Made by a program: the position numbers and the translations under genes. DNA of 64,000 nucleotides from Desulfatiglandales bacterium (lineage in GTDB: Bacteria > Desulfobacterota > DSM-4660 > Desulfatiglandales > HGW-15): contig CAXXJJ010000003.1 in the NCBI GenBank assembly GCA_963667015.2, positions 96,001-160,000 on the forward strand. The letters run 5' to 3'. The notes under the pieces are model-generated. The model ran no database searches and was not told where the DNA came from. It saw only the letters and a list, made by a program, of their open reading frames with translations. Each line of letters starts with the position of its first letter. Position 1 is the stretch's first letter. Positions 1 through 8,399 of the stretch are shown here, in pieces.

Positions 1-1
1 A

Positions 2-1258
2 CTGATGCTCCTGTTTTTCCCCTTTGCAATTCCGCTTTATTACAGGGCAAGAAAACTCGGCATTCATGAAAAATCGGAATTCAATCGTGCAAACGCGGAA
101 CTTGAAGCGGGGTTTATTGAGTATATCCAGGGATTACCTGTTTTAAGGGCTGTAAACAGAACCGGTATAAATGCAGAAAAACTTCAGCAGGCCATAGGGC
201 ATGTAAGGGCAGTACAGAAACAGGACCTGTATAAATTACAGTTGCCATTCGTCCTGCTGGGTATTTTGATCGAAACACTTCTCCTGGTTATCCTCTTTGC
301 CGGGGCCATGTTTGTTGATGCCGGATCCATGGAACCGGTGACGCTGGGCGCCTGTCTTGTTATTGTGGCAAGGCTTACGGAACCCCTGTCGATTTTTATC
401 GGCATAATTCAACTGTTTGACCTGATGGATTCCGCATTTAAAAGGATAAAGTCCATACTGGAAACAGAATCCCTTGAGGTCCACAAACCTGTTCAACGTC
501 CGGATAAATTTGATATCGTGTTTAAGGGTGTATCCTTTACCTATGATAATCAGCACACGAAAGCTATAGACAATATGAGCTTTTATATACCTGAAAAAAC
601 CATGACTGCCATTGCAGGGCATTCAGGATGCGGCAAGACAACATTGACCAGGCTTATCATGAGATACGCGGATGTTCAGCAGGGAAGTATCAAAATAGGC
701 GGAGCGGATATAAAAAATATGAATCCCGATGACCTGATGAAATATATATCAGTTGTGTTTCAGGATGTGTACCTGTTTGATGATACGATTATGAACAATA
801 TAAAAATGGCAAATCCGGATGCAACTGATAAGGAAGTGGAAGACGCCGCGCAATCAGCATACTGCCATGAGTTTATATCCGCTATGCCTGACGGGTACAA
901 TACAAAGACAGGTGATATAGGGGGAAATCTGTCAGGAGGAGAAAAGCAGAGGATAAGTATCGCCAGGGCAATACTGAAAAATGCTCCAATTGTTATCCTG
1001 GACGAACCCACCGCAGCCCTTGATACTGAAAGCGAGATGGCAGTACAAAATGCTATAAACAGGCTTGTTGAAGACAGGACAGTGATAGTAATAGCCCACA
1101 GGTTATCTACCATCATAGGAGCGGACAACATACTGGTTATGGATAATGGCAGGATAATAGAAAGCGGAAGACATGATGTACTGATCGAAAAAAGAGGAAA
1201 ATACTTTGATATGTGGTCTGCACAGCAAAGGATTAAAGAATGGCAAATGGCTGATTAA
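2..1258 (+). CDS. ABC transporter permease/ATPase fusion, YbtQ/IrtB-like siderophore importer subunit (5' truncated by window edge)
   Basis: TM region followed by Walker A GHSGCGKT, signature LSGGEKQR, Walker B IVILDE; frame open from window start. Confidence 0.85.
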   Translation: MMLLFFPFAIPLYYRARKLGIHEKSEFNRANAELEAGFIEYIQGLPVLRAVNRTGINAEKLQQAIGHVRAVQKQDLYKLQLPFVLLGILIETLLLVILFAGAMFVDAGSMEPVTLGACLVIVARLTEPLSIFIGIIQLFDLMDSAFKRIKSILETESLEVHKPVQRPDKFDIVFKGVSFTYDNQHTKAIDNMSFYIPEKTMTAIAGHSGCGKTTLTRLIMRYADVQQGSIKIGGADIKNMNPDDLMKYISVVFQDVYLFDDTIMNNIKMANPDATDKEVEDAAQSAYCHEFISAMPDGYNTKTGDIGGNLSGGEKQRISIARAILKNAPIVILDEPTAALDTESEMAVQNAINRLVEDRTVIVIAHRLSTIIGADNILVMDNGRIIESGRHDVLIEKRGKYFDMWSAQQRIKEWQMAD

Positions 1259-1473
1259 TACCTGAAAATAGAAGAAATTTACAACCTCGCCCCGGTCCTG
1301 ATGCCGGAAGACCTGCCTGAAGTATCAAGGTTTGAAATTATTAACTGTATATTTGAACAAAAAGTAAAAGGAATGTTCATGCAGGATGTATGGCATACGT
1401 AATGCATAAACGTTTTATTTACAATATCAAAAAGAATTACGAAGTCAGCTCGTCTGTTTTTCTGAAAAAATAC

Positions 1474-1528
1474 TTGACAGGAAACATTACAAATGTTAGA
1501 TGAATCTAAATAATATATATAGGGCTAA
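1474..1528 (+). promoter_or_regulatory. Sigma70-type promoter with tandem DtxR-type boxes
   Basis: TTGACA 1474-1479; TTAGATGAATCTAA 1496-1509; half-conserved ATATATAGGGCTAA 1515-1528 (+19 bp). Confidence 0.7.
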
Positions 1529-1531
1529 TAA

Positions 1532-1614
1532 GTGTATATCCTTACGGCTTTCGGTCTTCAGGACGCGTATTGAAGTGAAGGTGCAGGTGGTATCAACCAT
1601 CTGCGCCTTTTTTT
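1532..1614 (+). promoter_or_regulatory. Leader attenuator copy A (antiterminator/terminator)
   Basis: CTTACGG 1541-1547, AGTGAAGG 1574-1581, 14-bp stem 1578-1609 (with G-U pairs) and T7 to 1614, upstream of ATG 1653. Confidence 0.7.
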
Positions 1615-1652
1615 ATAATTTACTGTAAAAGTGTCATTGATGTAAGCTTATT

Positions 1653-2639
1653 ATGAATACTGATTATATAAAATACTCCTGGCAGGGCTCAAACCCGCTT
1701 TCAACAAGCCAGATAAAAAACTTTCAGAACAAAAAGCAGATATATGCAATAGAAAGAGATTTACTGGTTGCTGTTGATAATTTTTCCCTTTCAAAGGATT
1801 ATTCGATTCCTGTCAGAAAGCGTGTGGAATGTATCGAGCTTGCATATATCTATTCCGCCAGCGGCACCCTGCACCTCAGTCTGGATAACGGTTTTACAAG
1901 GTCCATGGAACTTCTTCCCGGGACCTGCACTTTTTTGCCGAATAAAAAGCTGCCATATGAAGTAAATACTTTGTTTGAAATGGAGCGCTCCAGTCCTGTT
2001 AAAATGGTGACCATATTCATAACTCCTGAAAAACTTTCATCCCTTATGGGAACATCAGTTTACTTTTTATGGAATAATTTATCAGGAGGATTATGGGAGG
2101 AAGACAAAATAAATCACGAGCTCTATTTTGAGATGGCACCCGCTGTTGAATCGGCAGTATTCCAGATTCTTCAATGCAGTATCGAGGGCCCGGCCAGAAA
2201 GTTATTTATTGAGGGAAAGGTTCTTGAGCTTCTGGCCCTTGAGATAGACAGTAAGTTCGGTAAAAAGTCTCCCTGTACTGCCCTGTCTCCAAAGGAGGTG
2301 GAGCAGCTTCACCAGGTGAAACAAATAATGATGGACAGTATGCTTGATCCGCCCACACTGGCGGAACTCGCTAGAAAAGTGGGATTAAATGAAAAAAAGA
2401 TTAAAACCGGGTTCCGTCATCTATTCGGGCAGACGGTCTATGGATTTCTTAATTCCCACCGCATGGAAACTGCAAAACGAATGATGGAGCAGGAATTCTG
2501 CCCGGTAAGCGAGGCTGCCTGGGCAGTGGGATATGTAAATGTAAGTCATTTCAGCTCTTCCTTCAGGAAAAGATTCGGTGTGCTGCCGGGCGATTATCTC
2601 AGAGATTTGCGGAACAGACTCATCCTTCCCCATTTATAA
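1653..2639 (+). CDS. AraC-family regulator, PchR/YbtA-like
   Basis: LFIEGKVLELL, PPTLAELARKVGLN, VSEAAWAVGYVNVSHFSSSFRKRFG. Confidence 0.9.
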   Translation: MNTDYIKYSWQGSNPLSTSQIKNFQNKKQIYAIERDLLVAVDNFSLSKDYSIPVRKRVECIELAYIYSASGTLHLSLDNGFTRSMELLPGTCTFLPNKKLPYEVNTLFEMERSSPVKMVTIFITPEKLSSLMGTSVYFLWNNLSGGLWEEDKINHELYFEMAPAVESAVFQILQCSIEGPARKLFIEGKVLELLALEIDSKFGKKSPCTALSPKEVEQLHQVKQIMMDSMLDPPTLAELARKVGLNEKKIKTGFRHLFGQTVYGFLNSHRMETAKRMMEQEFCPVSEAAWAVGYVNVSHFSSSFRKRFGVLPGDYLRDLRNRLILPHL

Positions 2640-2697
2640 AACCTCCCCTGAACAATGATATCCCCTCCCGGGGCAGAGAAAGTCCTTTAGCGGGTAG

Positions 2698-2730
2698 TCA
2701 GGCATGACTAAATATATTAGATATGACTAA
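2698..2730. promoter_or_regulatory. Tandem DtxR-type boxes
   Basis: TCAGGCATGACTAA 2698-2711 and TTAGATATGACTAA 2717-2730 (19 bp offset). Confidence 0.7.
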
Positions 2731-2764
2731 TTAAATCATATTTTCATATCAACAGGAGAAATAT

Positions 2765-4921
2765 ATGTCCGATATCAGCAATTTCAAAATAAAGCAATCG
2801 GTGTTTTCATATGTTATTACAGCCTTTTTTTTAATATTCATAATGGTTTTAGGCACGACAGTATGGGCAGAAGAAACCGAGTCAGCAGATTATAAGCTTG
2901 AAACAGTGGTTGTCACAGCCAACAAGATGGAAGAGAACCCGGCAAAGGTCCCGCAGAGCATTACAGTCATAGATGAGGTCATACTCGAAGAAAAGGGCAT
3001 CAAAAATGTGAATGATCTCATCCGGGAGATCCCCAACATGACCGCAGCCGCCAGCCCCATTGCCACGGGTGTCAGGTTCCGGGGCCTTAACCCGTCTATA
3101 TTCACTAATAACAATCCGGTACTCATCTATATCGACGGTGTAGCCCACATCGGCACGGAAGGTTTTGACGCATCCTTTGCTAATGCAGAACGGATTGAGG
3201 TACTGCGCGGTCCCCAGGGTGCGATCTACGGCAAGGACGCTATCGGCGCGGTTATAAATATCGTCACCAAAAAACCTGTAAATGAATGGCAGGGAAAAAT
3301 AGGGGTAGAATATGGGAGTTATAATCTCATGCGCGGGGTTTTTAATGCCAACGGCGCCCTCATCAATGACAGGCTCTATATGGGAATAAACGGGCAATAC
3401 CGACAGGATGACGGCTGGATTGAGAATGAGAACCCAGACAGGGACAAGGACTTCAACAAAGCAGACGACCGCCGGACCAACCTCAACCTGACTGCAACTC
3501 CCACTGACCAATTTGCCCTCCGGCTCTCCCTGATCAACGAATACACCAGAGAATATGGTGTTGACGGTTTGGGCGTGCCGGACGGGGACAATATTTACGA
3601 TTATTCCAGGGATGACGCCGAACATGTCGACTTTGATGTGCCCACCAGGCAGACCACGGAAAACAATGCCCAGAGCCTGGCTTTGATCTATGATTTTGAT
3701 ATTTTTTCCCTTAATTCGATTACCACGCACAAACTCCTGGAATTCGATGCCAGTTATGATTCGGACTTTGGCAACAATTCCCTTTATGACGGACTGACTC
3801 AATTCTGGAATTATAAGGATGAAAACTGGACCCAGGAAATGCGCCTGTCGAGCGCTGACACGGACGGTTTCCGCTGGGTGGCAGGTCTGTATTTTGAAAA
3901 GGAAAAACGCGATCAGCCCGGCATAGGGCAGCAGTTCCCCGGATTCGATCCGGTTACCTATGACTATCTGGGCAACTTTGAGATGAGCGCGGAATCCCGC
4001 ATGGACGCCGAAACATTTGCAGTCTTCGGCCAGGTCATTATCCCCTTTTCCCAGGGCTTTGAGCTGACCCTGGGAGGACGCTACCAGCGCATCGAAAAAG
4101 AGATAGATCTCTCCATGTATTACCTGCCGGTAGCAGTGCCCGGCCCGTCCATGTTTGATTTAAAGGCCGAAAAGACCTGGAATGTCTTCCTTCCCAAGGC
4201 TGCAGTGTCCTGGCAGTTTGCCGATTCCTGGAGTTCATATATATCATACTCCAGTGGCTACATGCCCGGAGGTTTCAACTATTTTGCCATGGCCGGCGAT
4301 GAGGAAGACAACAGATTTGAGCCCCAGAAATCCGCAAATTATGAATGGGGACTGAAAGGTGAGTTTGAGCGCGGATATCTGGCCGCATCCTTGTTCTATA
4401 TGGATATCAAGGACATCCATGTCTACAAGGTCGAGGGCATGGGCACGATGTTTGTTACGGACAACGCCGAGAAGGCCCATTCACAGGGTCTTGAACTGGA
4501 AGCGATCTACCGGCCTCTAAAAGGTCTGGAATTGAGCGCGGCCCTGGGTATCATTGAGGCCGAATACGATGATTACGACACCGGGGTTGGCAACTACAAC
4601 GGCAGAAACATCGAACTGACTCCGACCCATACTATTCGTGTCGGGGCCGCATACATACACCCCGGCGGCTTCTACAGCCGTATCGATATCTATAACCAGG
4701 GGAAAATGTATTTTTATGACAACGAAAACATGGAGTTCCCTGAACAGGATATGTACACGCTGGTAGACGCAAGACTCGGCTACAGGCTCGATGACTGGGA
4801 TTTCTGCGTCTATGGCAGCAACCTGACCGATGAGGAATATTTTACGGGTTTTTCCAGCATGCGTGTGCTTTCCTTTGGCAAACCGCGTACCTTTGGCGTT
4901 GGAATGACCTACTATTTCTAA
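2765..4921 (+). CDS. TonB-dependent receptor, FyuA-like siderophore receptor
   Basis: Signal peptide, TonB box ETVVVTA, plug ERIEVLRGPQGAIYG, C-terminal Phe; AGGAG RBS. Confidence 0.92.
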   Translation: MSDISNFKIKQSVFSYVITAFFLIFIMVLGTTVWAEETESADYKLETVVVTANKMEENPAKVPQSITVIDEVILEEKGIKNVNDLIREIPNMTAAASPIATGVRFRGLNPSIFTNNNPVLIYIDGVAHIGTEGFDASFANAERIEVLRGPQGAIYGKDAIGAVINIVTKKPVNEWQGKIGVEYGSYNLMRGVFNANGALINDRLYMGINGQYRQDDGWIENENPDRDKDFNKADDRRTNLNLTATPTDQFALRLSLINEYTREYGVDGLGVPDGDNIYDYSRDDAEHVDFDVPTRQTTENNAQSLALIYDFDIFSLNSITTHKLLEFDASYDSDFGNNSLYDGLTQFWNYKDENWTQEMRLSSADTDGFRWVAGLYFEKEKRDQPGIGQQFPGFDPVTYDYLGNFEMSAESRMDAETFAVFGQVIIPFSQGFELTLGGRYQRIEKEIDLSMYYLPVAVPGPSMFDLKAEKTWNVFLPKAAVSWQFADSWSSYISYSSGYMPGGFNYFAMAGDEEDNRFEPQKSANYEWGLKGEFERGYLAASLFYMDIKDIHVYKVEGMGTMFVTDNAEKAHSQGLELEAIYRPLKGLELSAALGIIEAEYDDYDTGVGNYNGRNIELTPTHTIRVGAAYIHPGGFYSRIDIYNQGKMYFYDNENMEFPEQDMYTLVDARLGYRLDDWDFCVYGSNLTDEEYFTGFSSMRVLSFGKPRTFGVGMTYYF

Positions 4922-4950
4922 CAGTAAAGTATCCTATTGAACAAAGAGGA

Positions 4951-5184
4951 ATGAATATGGCTAAAAGCCTTAAAAACAGCCTGACCGGAGAAAGGGTGCG
5001 TATTGCCGCCATAGGGGGTGATCACCGTTTTATGAGCAGGGTAACTGCCATCGGTCTTACAATCGGCTGTGAAGTGGAGATAATCGAGAATCAGAAACGC
5101 CTGCCAATACTGATCTATGAGCGGGACACCATGGTGGCTGTGAATAGAAAAGATTCCGGAAGGGTGATAGTGGAAGATATATAA
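4951..5184 (+). CDS. feoA: Ferrous iron transport protein A
   Basis: 77 aa, RVTAIGLTIGCEVEII pattern; stop overlaps feoB start (TAATG). Confidence 0.8.
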   Translation: MNMAKSLKNSLTGERVRIAAIGGDHRFMSRVTAIGLTIGCEVEIIENQKRLPILIYERDTMVAVNRKDSGRVIVEDI

Positions 5185-7259
5185 TGACTGAAACACGCAT
5201 ACACAATATCCTTTTGACCAGTCCGAAGGAGGAATCGCCGGAACCTTTGCCTGTAAGGGAGATCGCCCTGCTGGGGCAGCCGAATACCGGGAAATCGACA
5301 ATATTCAATGCCCTTACCGGATCAAGGCAGCATGTGGGCAACTGGCCCGGAAAGACAGTCGAAAAAAAGACAGGTTTTTTTACCTTTATGGAAAAAGAGT
5401 ATTCTGTGGTAGATCTTCCGGGTTCATATAGTTTGTTTGCCTGCTCTGAAGAAGAACGGATTACACGTGACTACATAGCCGCAGGCAGGGCGGATTTGGT
5501 TTGCATCATAGTAGACGCCTCCCAGCTTGAACGGAGCCTTTATATGCTTGCAGATTATGCGGGGATCAGGCACCCGGCAATACTGATCCTCAACATGATC
5601 GATGTGGCTGAGGAACAGGGCAGAACCATTGACTGCAGGGCTCTTTCCAGGCAGCTTGGAATACCTGTAGTCCCCATGAATGCTTCCGATAAAAACGGGT
5701 ATGAAGGATTTTTAAAGGTCATAGGACAGGAGCCCAAAGAGCTGGATTTTTCATCCCTGGATGAAATCTGTGAATCGGCCATGGGAGAGGACTACACTGC
5801 CCTTATAGGCCTGCTGCCTGCACATGGGATCGGCGCCTATTCCCGTCCTTGGCTGGCCTCAAAAATCCTCGAAGGTGACGCGCCGGCATCAGATATGGTA
5901 AAGGCCTCCATATCTTCATCCCCATGGGAGGAGATTCAATCAGCGCTCAAAGGCGTAAAGGCTGGTTCTCCGGACACGGCCAGGTGCAGATTCGAATGGA
6001 TAGCCTCGCTGATAAGGGGAAAAGTTACATCAAAGGATAACAGCAATGGCGCCAGACCCCCGCGTGGAAAGTTTGATTGCCTGGCCACAAGCAGGCGCTG
6101 GGGAAAGCCTCTTGCCCTTGCCATGATGTTTGCAGGGCTTATAGCCTCTTTTATTATCACCATTCCCTGGATGTACCTGAGTTTCAAGGCTCCAAGATGG
6201 CTTCTGCCTTTTATTCTTGACGGCCTAAGCGCCGCAGGCATGTCGCCATGGTTTCTTTCTCTTGTTGAAGTAGCCATGCAGGCAGTGGGTACTGCCGTGG
6301 GCCTGGCAGGTTTTGTGGCAGGATCGAGCCTTGTCTTCGGCTTTATGGAAGAGGTCGGTTACATGGCACGTATATCCTATGTCTTTGACAATACCATGTC
6401 TAAACTGGGACTCCAGGGAAAAGCTGTGATGCCATTTTTAATGAGCTTCGGATGCGCTATCGGAGGGTCAACAAGCACAAGGGTTATAGATTCCTGGGGA
6501 CAGCGGGTCCTTACCATGGCCCTCGCCTGGATAATGCCCTGCGCAGCAACCTGGGGTGTTGTGGCGGTTTTCGGGGCCGCCTTTTTCGGTCTTAATACAG
6601 TATGGGTTATCGCGGCTTTGTTTATCACCTCCTACCTGTTAATATCGGTTACAGCCAGGATATTCGGTCCGCACCTTGTAAAAGAAGAGGAGAGGGCAGG
6701 CCTTATCATGGAGCTGCCGCCCTATCACAAACCCAGATGGCGCAGCCTGTTTCGACTGGTATTCATACGTATGGGCGATATGCTGAGACGCGCACTGGTT
6801 TTTATTGTATCACTTTCGGTTATCTTCTGGGTGTTTGCATATACTTCCGATGGAAATATCGAACACAGCATTCTATACAGGATAGGGCGCAGTGTGGAAC
6901 CGGTGACCATGTGGTTCGGATTACGCTGGCAGACCTTTACCGCCCTTGTATGCTCGATAATGGGAAAGGAGGCCTCCCTGGGTGTCCTGAGCTCCGTGTT
7001 CGGCGCATCAGCCACGGTTTTAGGTAAAGCCGAGGTAAGCGCAGACCTGGGATCACAACTGCGGGCAACACTGTCAACAGCCGAAGCCCTGGCCTTTTTG
7101 TTCGGTTTTTACTTCAGCATCCCCTGTTTTGTAGCAGTACTTTCAATGAAGCAGGAAACCAATTCATGGAAATGGACGCTCCGCATCTCGGGTTATTACA
7201 TTGCCGTAGCACTGTTAATGTCCGCCCTTGTATACCATCTGGCGAGGCTTGTTTTGTAA
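5184..7259 (+). CDS. feoB: Ferrous iron transport protein B (divergent copy 1)
   Basis: G1 GQPNTGKS, GNWPGKTVE, G3 DLPG, G4 NMID, MELPPYH, polytopic C-terminus. Confidence 0.9.
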   Translation: MTETRIHNILLTSPKEESPEPLPVREIALLGQPNTGKSTIFNALTGSRQHVGNWPGKTVEKKTGFFTFMEKEYSVVDLPGSYSLFACSEEERITRDYIAAGRADLVCIIVDASQLERSLYMLADYAGIRHPAILILNMIDVAEEQGRTIDCRALSRQLGIPVVPMNASDKNGYEGFLKVIGQEPKELDFSSLDEICESAMGEDYTALIGLLPAHGIGAYSRPWLASKILEGDAPASDMVKASISSSPWEEIQSALKGVKAGSPDTARCRFEWIASLIRGKVTSKDNSNGARPPRGKFDCLATSRRWGKPLALAMMFAGLIASFIITIPWMYLSFKAPRWLLPFILDGLSAAGMSPWFLSLVEVAMQAVGTAVGLAGFVAGSSLVFGFMEEVGYMARISYVFDNTMSKLGLQGKAVMPFLMSFGCAIGGSTSTRVIDSWGQRVLTMALAWIMPCAATWGVVAVFGAAFFGLNTVWVIAALFITSYLLISVTARIFGPHLVKEEERAGLIMELPPYHKPRWRSLFRLVFIRMGDMLRRALVFIVSLSVIFWVFAYTSDGNIEHSILYRIGRSVEPVTMWFGLRWQTFTALVCSIMGKEASLGVLSSVFGASATVLGKAEVSADLGSQLRATLSTAEALAFLFGFYFSIPCFVAVLSMKQETNSWKWTLRISGYYIAVALLMSALVYHLARLVL

Positions 7260-7353
7260 TGAAGGCATGAACTGCGAGTTTTTATGGGGAAAATGTTGAG
7301 GGAATAAAAAACGATATTCGTTAATTCATATGTGTCAGTGAAAAGGTGAAGTT

Positions 7354-8160
7354 ATGGGAAATAATAAAATAAAATCAACTCTTAAAAATGTACCCCAGAC
7401 AATGTTAATCCCCTTAAGGGCAAGATACCTTGAAACCAAAAAAACGGATGGCATTATCAATGATCCCAAATCCGTGGAGATATTTGATCAGATAGAGTGC
7501 GACTTTTCAGGTAAAAAAGAGGTGTCAAGCGGATCGCAGATGGGAGTATCCATTCGCACTGAAATACTGGATGAGCTTACCGGGCAATTCCTTGCAAAAC
7601 ATGAAGATGCAGTTGTGGTAAACCTTGGATGCGGCCTGGATACTCGCTTTCACAGGCTGGACAACGGTACTGTAACATGGTTTGACCTTGATGTTGCGGA
7701 AGCAATAGAGCTCAGAAAAAAATTCTTTAGGGAGAATGAAAGATATAGAATTATATCAAAATCAGCTCTGGATTTTCCATGGATAAAGGAGGTTCCAAAG
7801 GGGAGCCCGACCCTTTTTATTGCGGAAGGCCTTCTTATGTACTTCTCAGAATTCGAAGTGAAATCCCTTTTAAAAACAATCGGGGATAATTTCCCTGAAG
7901 CGGAAATGATCCTTGAGGCAATGTCTCCTTTTATAGCGAAAAGGACAAACAGGCACCCTGACGTAAAAAAATATAATGCGAATTTTAAGTGGGGAATAAA
8001 AACAGGAAAAGAGATAGACGCCTGGAATACAGGTGCCTCCTTTATTACCGAATACTACTATTTTGACAGGCATAAAAATAAGCAGGCATCGATTTACAGG
8101 CTTCTTGCATTGTTCCCGGGATTCAGGAAAATGATGAAGATAATACATATTGTTTTTTGA
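7354..8160 (+). CDS. SAM-dependent carboxyl/O-methyltransferase, LCM/TcmP-like
   Basis: TMLIPLRARY, VVNLGCGLDTR, IAEGLLMYF. Confidence 0.85.
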   Translation: MGNNKIKSTLKNVPQTMLIPLRARYLETKKTDGIINDPKSVEIFDQIECDFSGKKEVSSGSQMGVSIRTEILDELTGQFLAKHEDAVVVNLGCGLDTRFHRLDNGTVTWFDLDVAEAIELRKKFFRENERYRIISKSALDFPWIKEVPKGSPTLFIAEGLLMYFSEFEVKSLLKTIGDNFPEAEMILEAMSPFIAKRTNRHPDVKKYNANFKWGIKTGKEIDAWNTGASFITEYYYFDRHKNKQASIYRLLALFPGFRKMMKIIHIVF

Positions 8161-8177
8161 TTTCCATCAGAAAAGGT

Positions 8178-8234
8178 TTGACAATATTCTTTATTATGGT
8201 ATTAGGTAAATCAAATAAATATATAAAGCCCTAA
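8178..8234 (+). promoter_or_regulatory. Promoter with tandem DtxR-type boxes
   Basis: TTGACA 8178-8183; TTAGGTAAATCAAA 8202-8215; ATATAAAGCCCTAA 8221-8234 (+19 bp), same layout as 1474-1528. Confidence 0.6.
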
Positions 8235-8244
8235 TTAATGTTTT

Positions 8245-8335
8245 ATCGTCTTACGGCTCTCGACCCTTAATCAGTGTGGTGCGTTAAGTAGTGAAGGCGT
8301 GGCAGGTTTCAGCGAAACCTGCCACGCCTTTTTTT
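8245..8335 (+). promoter_or_regulatory. Leader attenuator copy B
   Basis: CGTCTTACGG 8247-8256, AGTGAAGG 8290-8297, perfect 17-bp stem 8294-8330, T-run to 8335. Confidence 0.75.
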
Positions 8336-8399
8336 GTTCGGGAACTGTCAGAGGTCATCGTTTATTTAAATTTGCATCTGCAATTAGGAGGATTGCCTT

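Noticed and set aside
2882..3802. Long antisense ORFs (e.g. 306 aa here, 239 aa at 18579-19298, 195 aa at 29978-30565)
   Set aside because: Shadows of well-supported genes, no recognisable motifs
8238..8270. Leader-peptide explanation for the attenuators (MFYRLTALDP; VYILTAFGLQDAY in copy A)
   Set aside because: No convincing SD in A/B and the mini-ORF in copy C uses a different frame across TTACGG; not fully excluded
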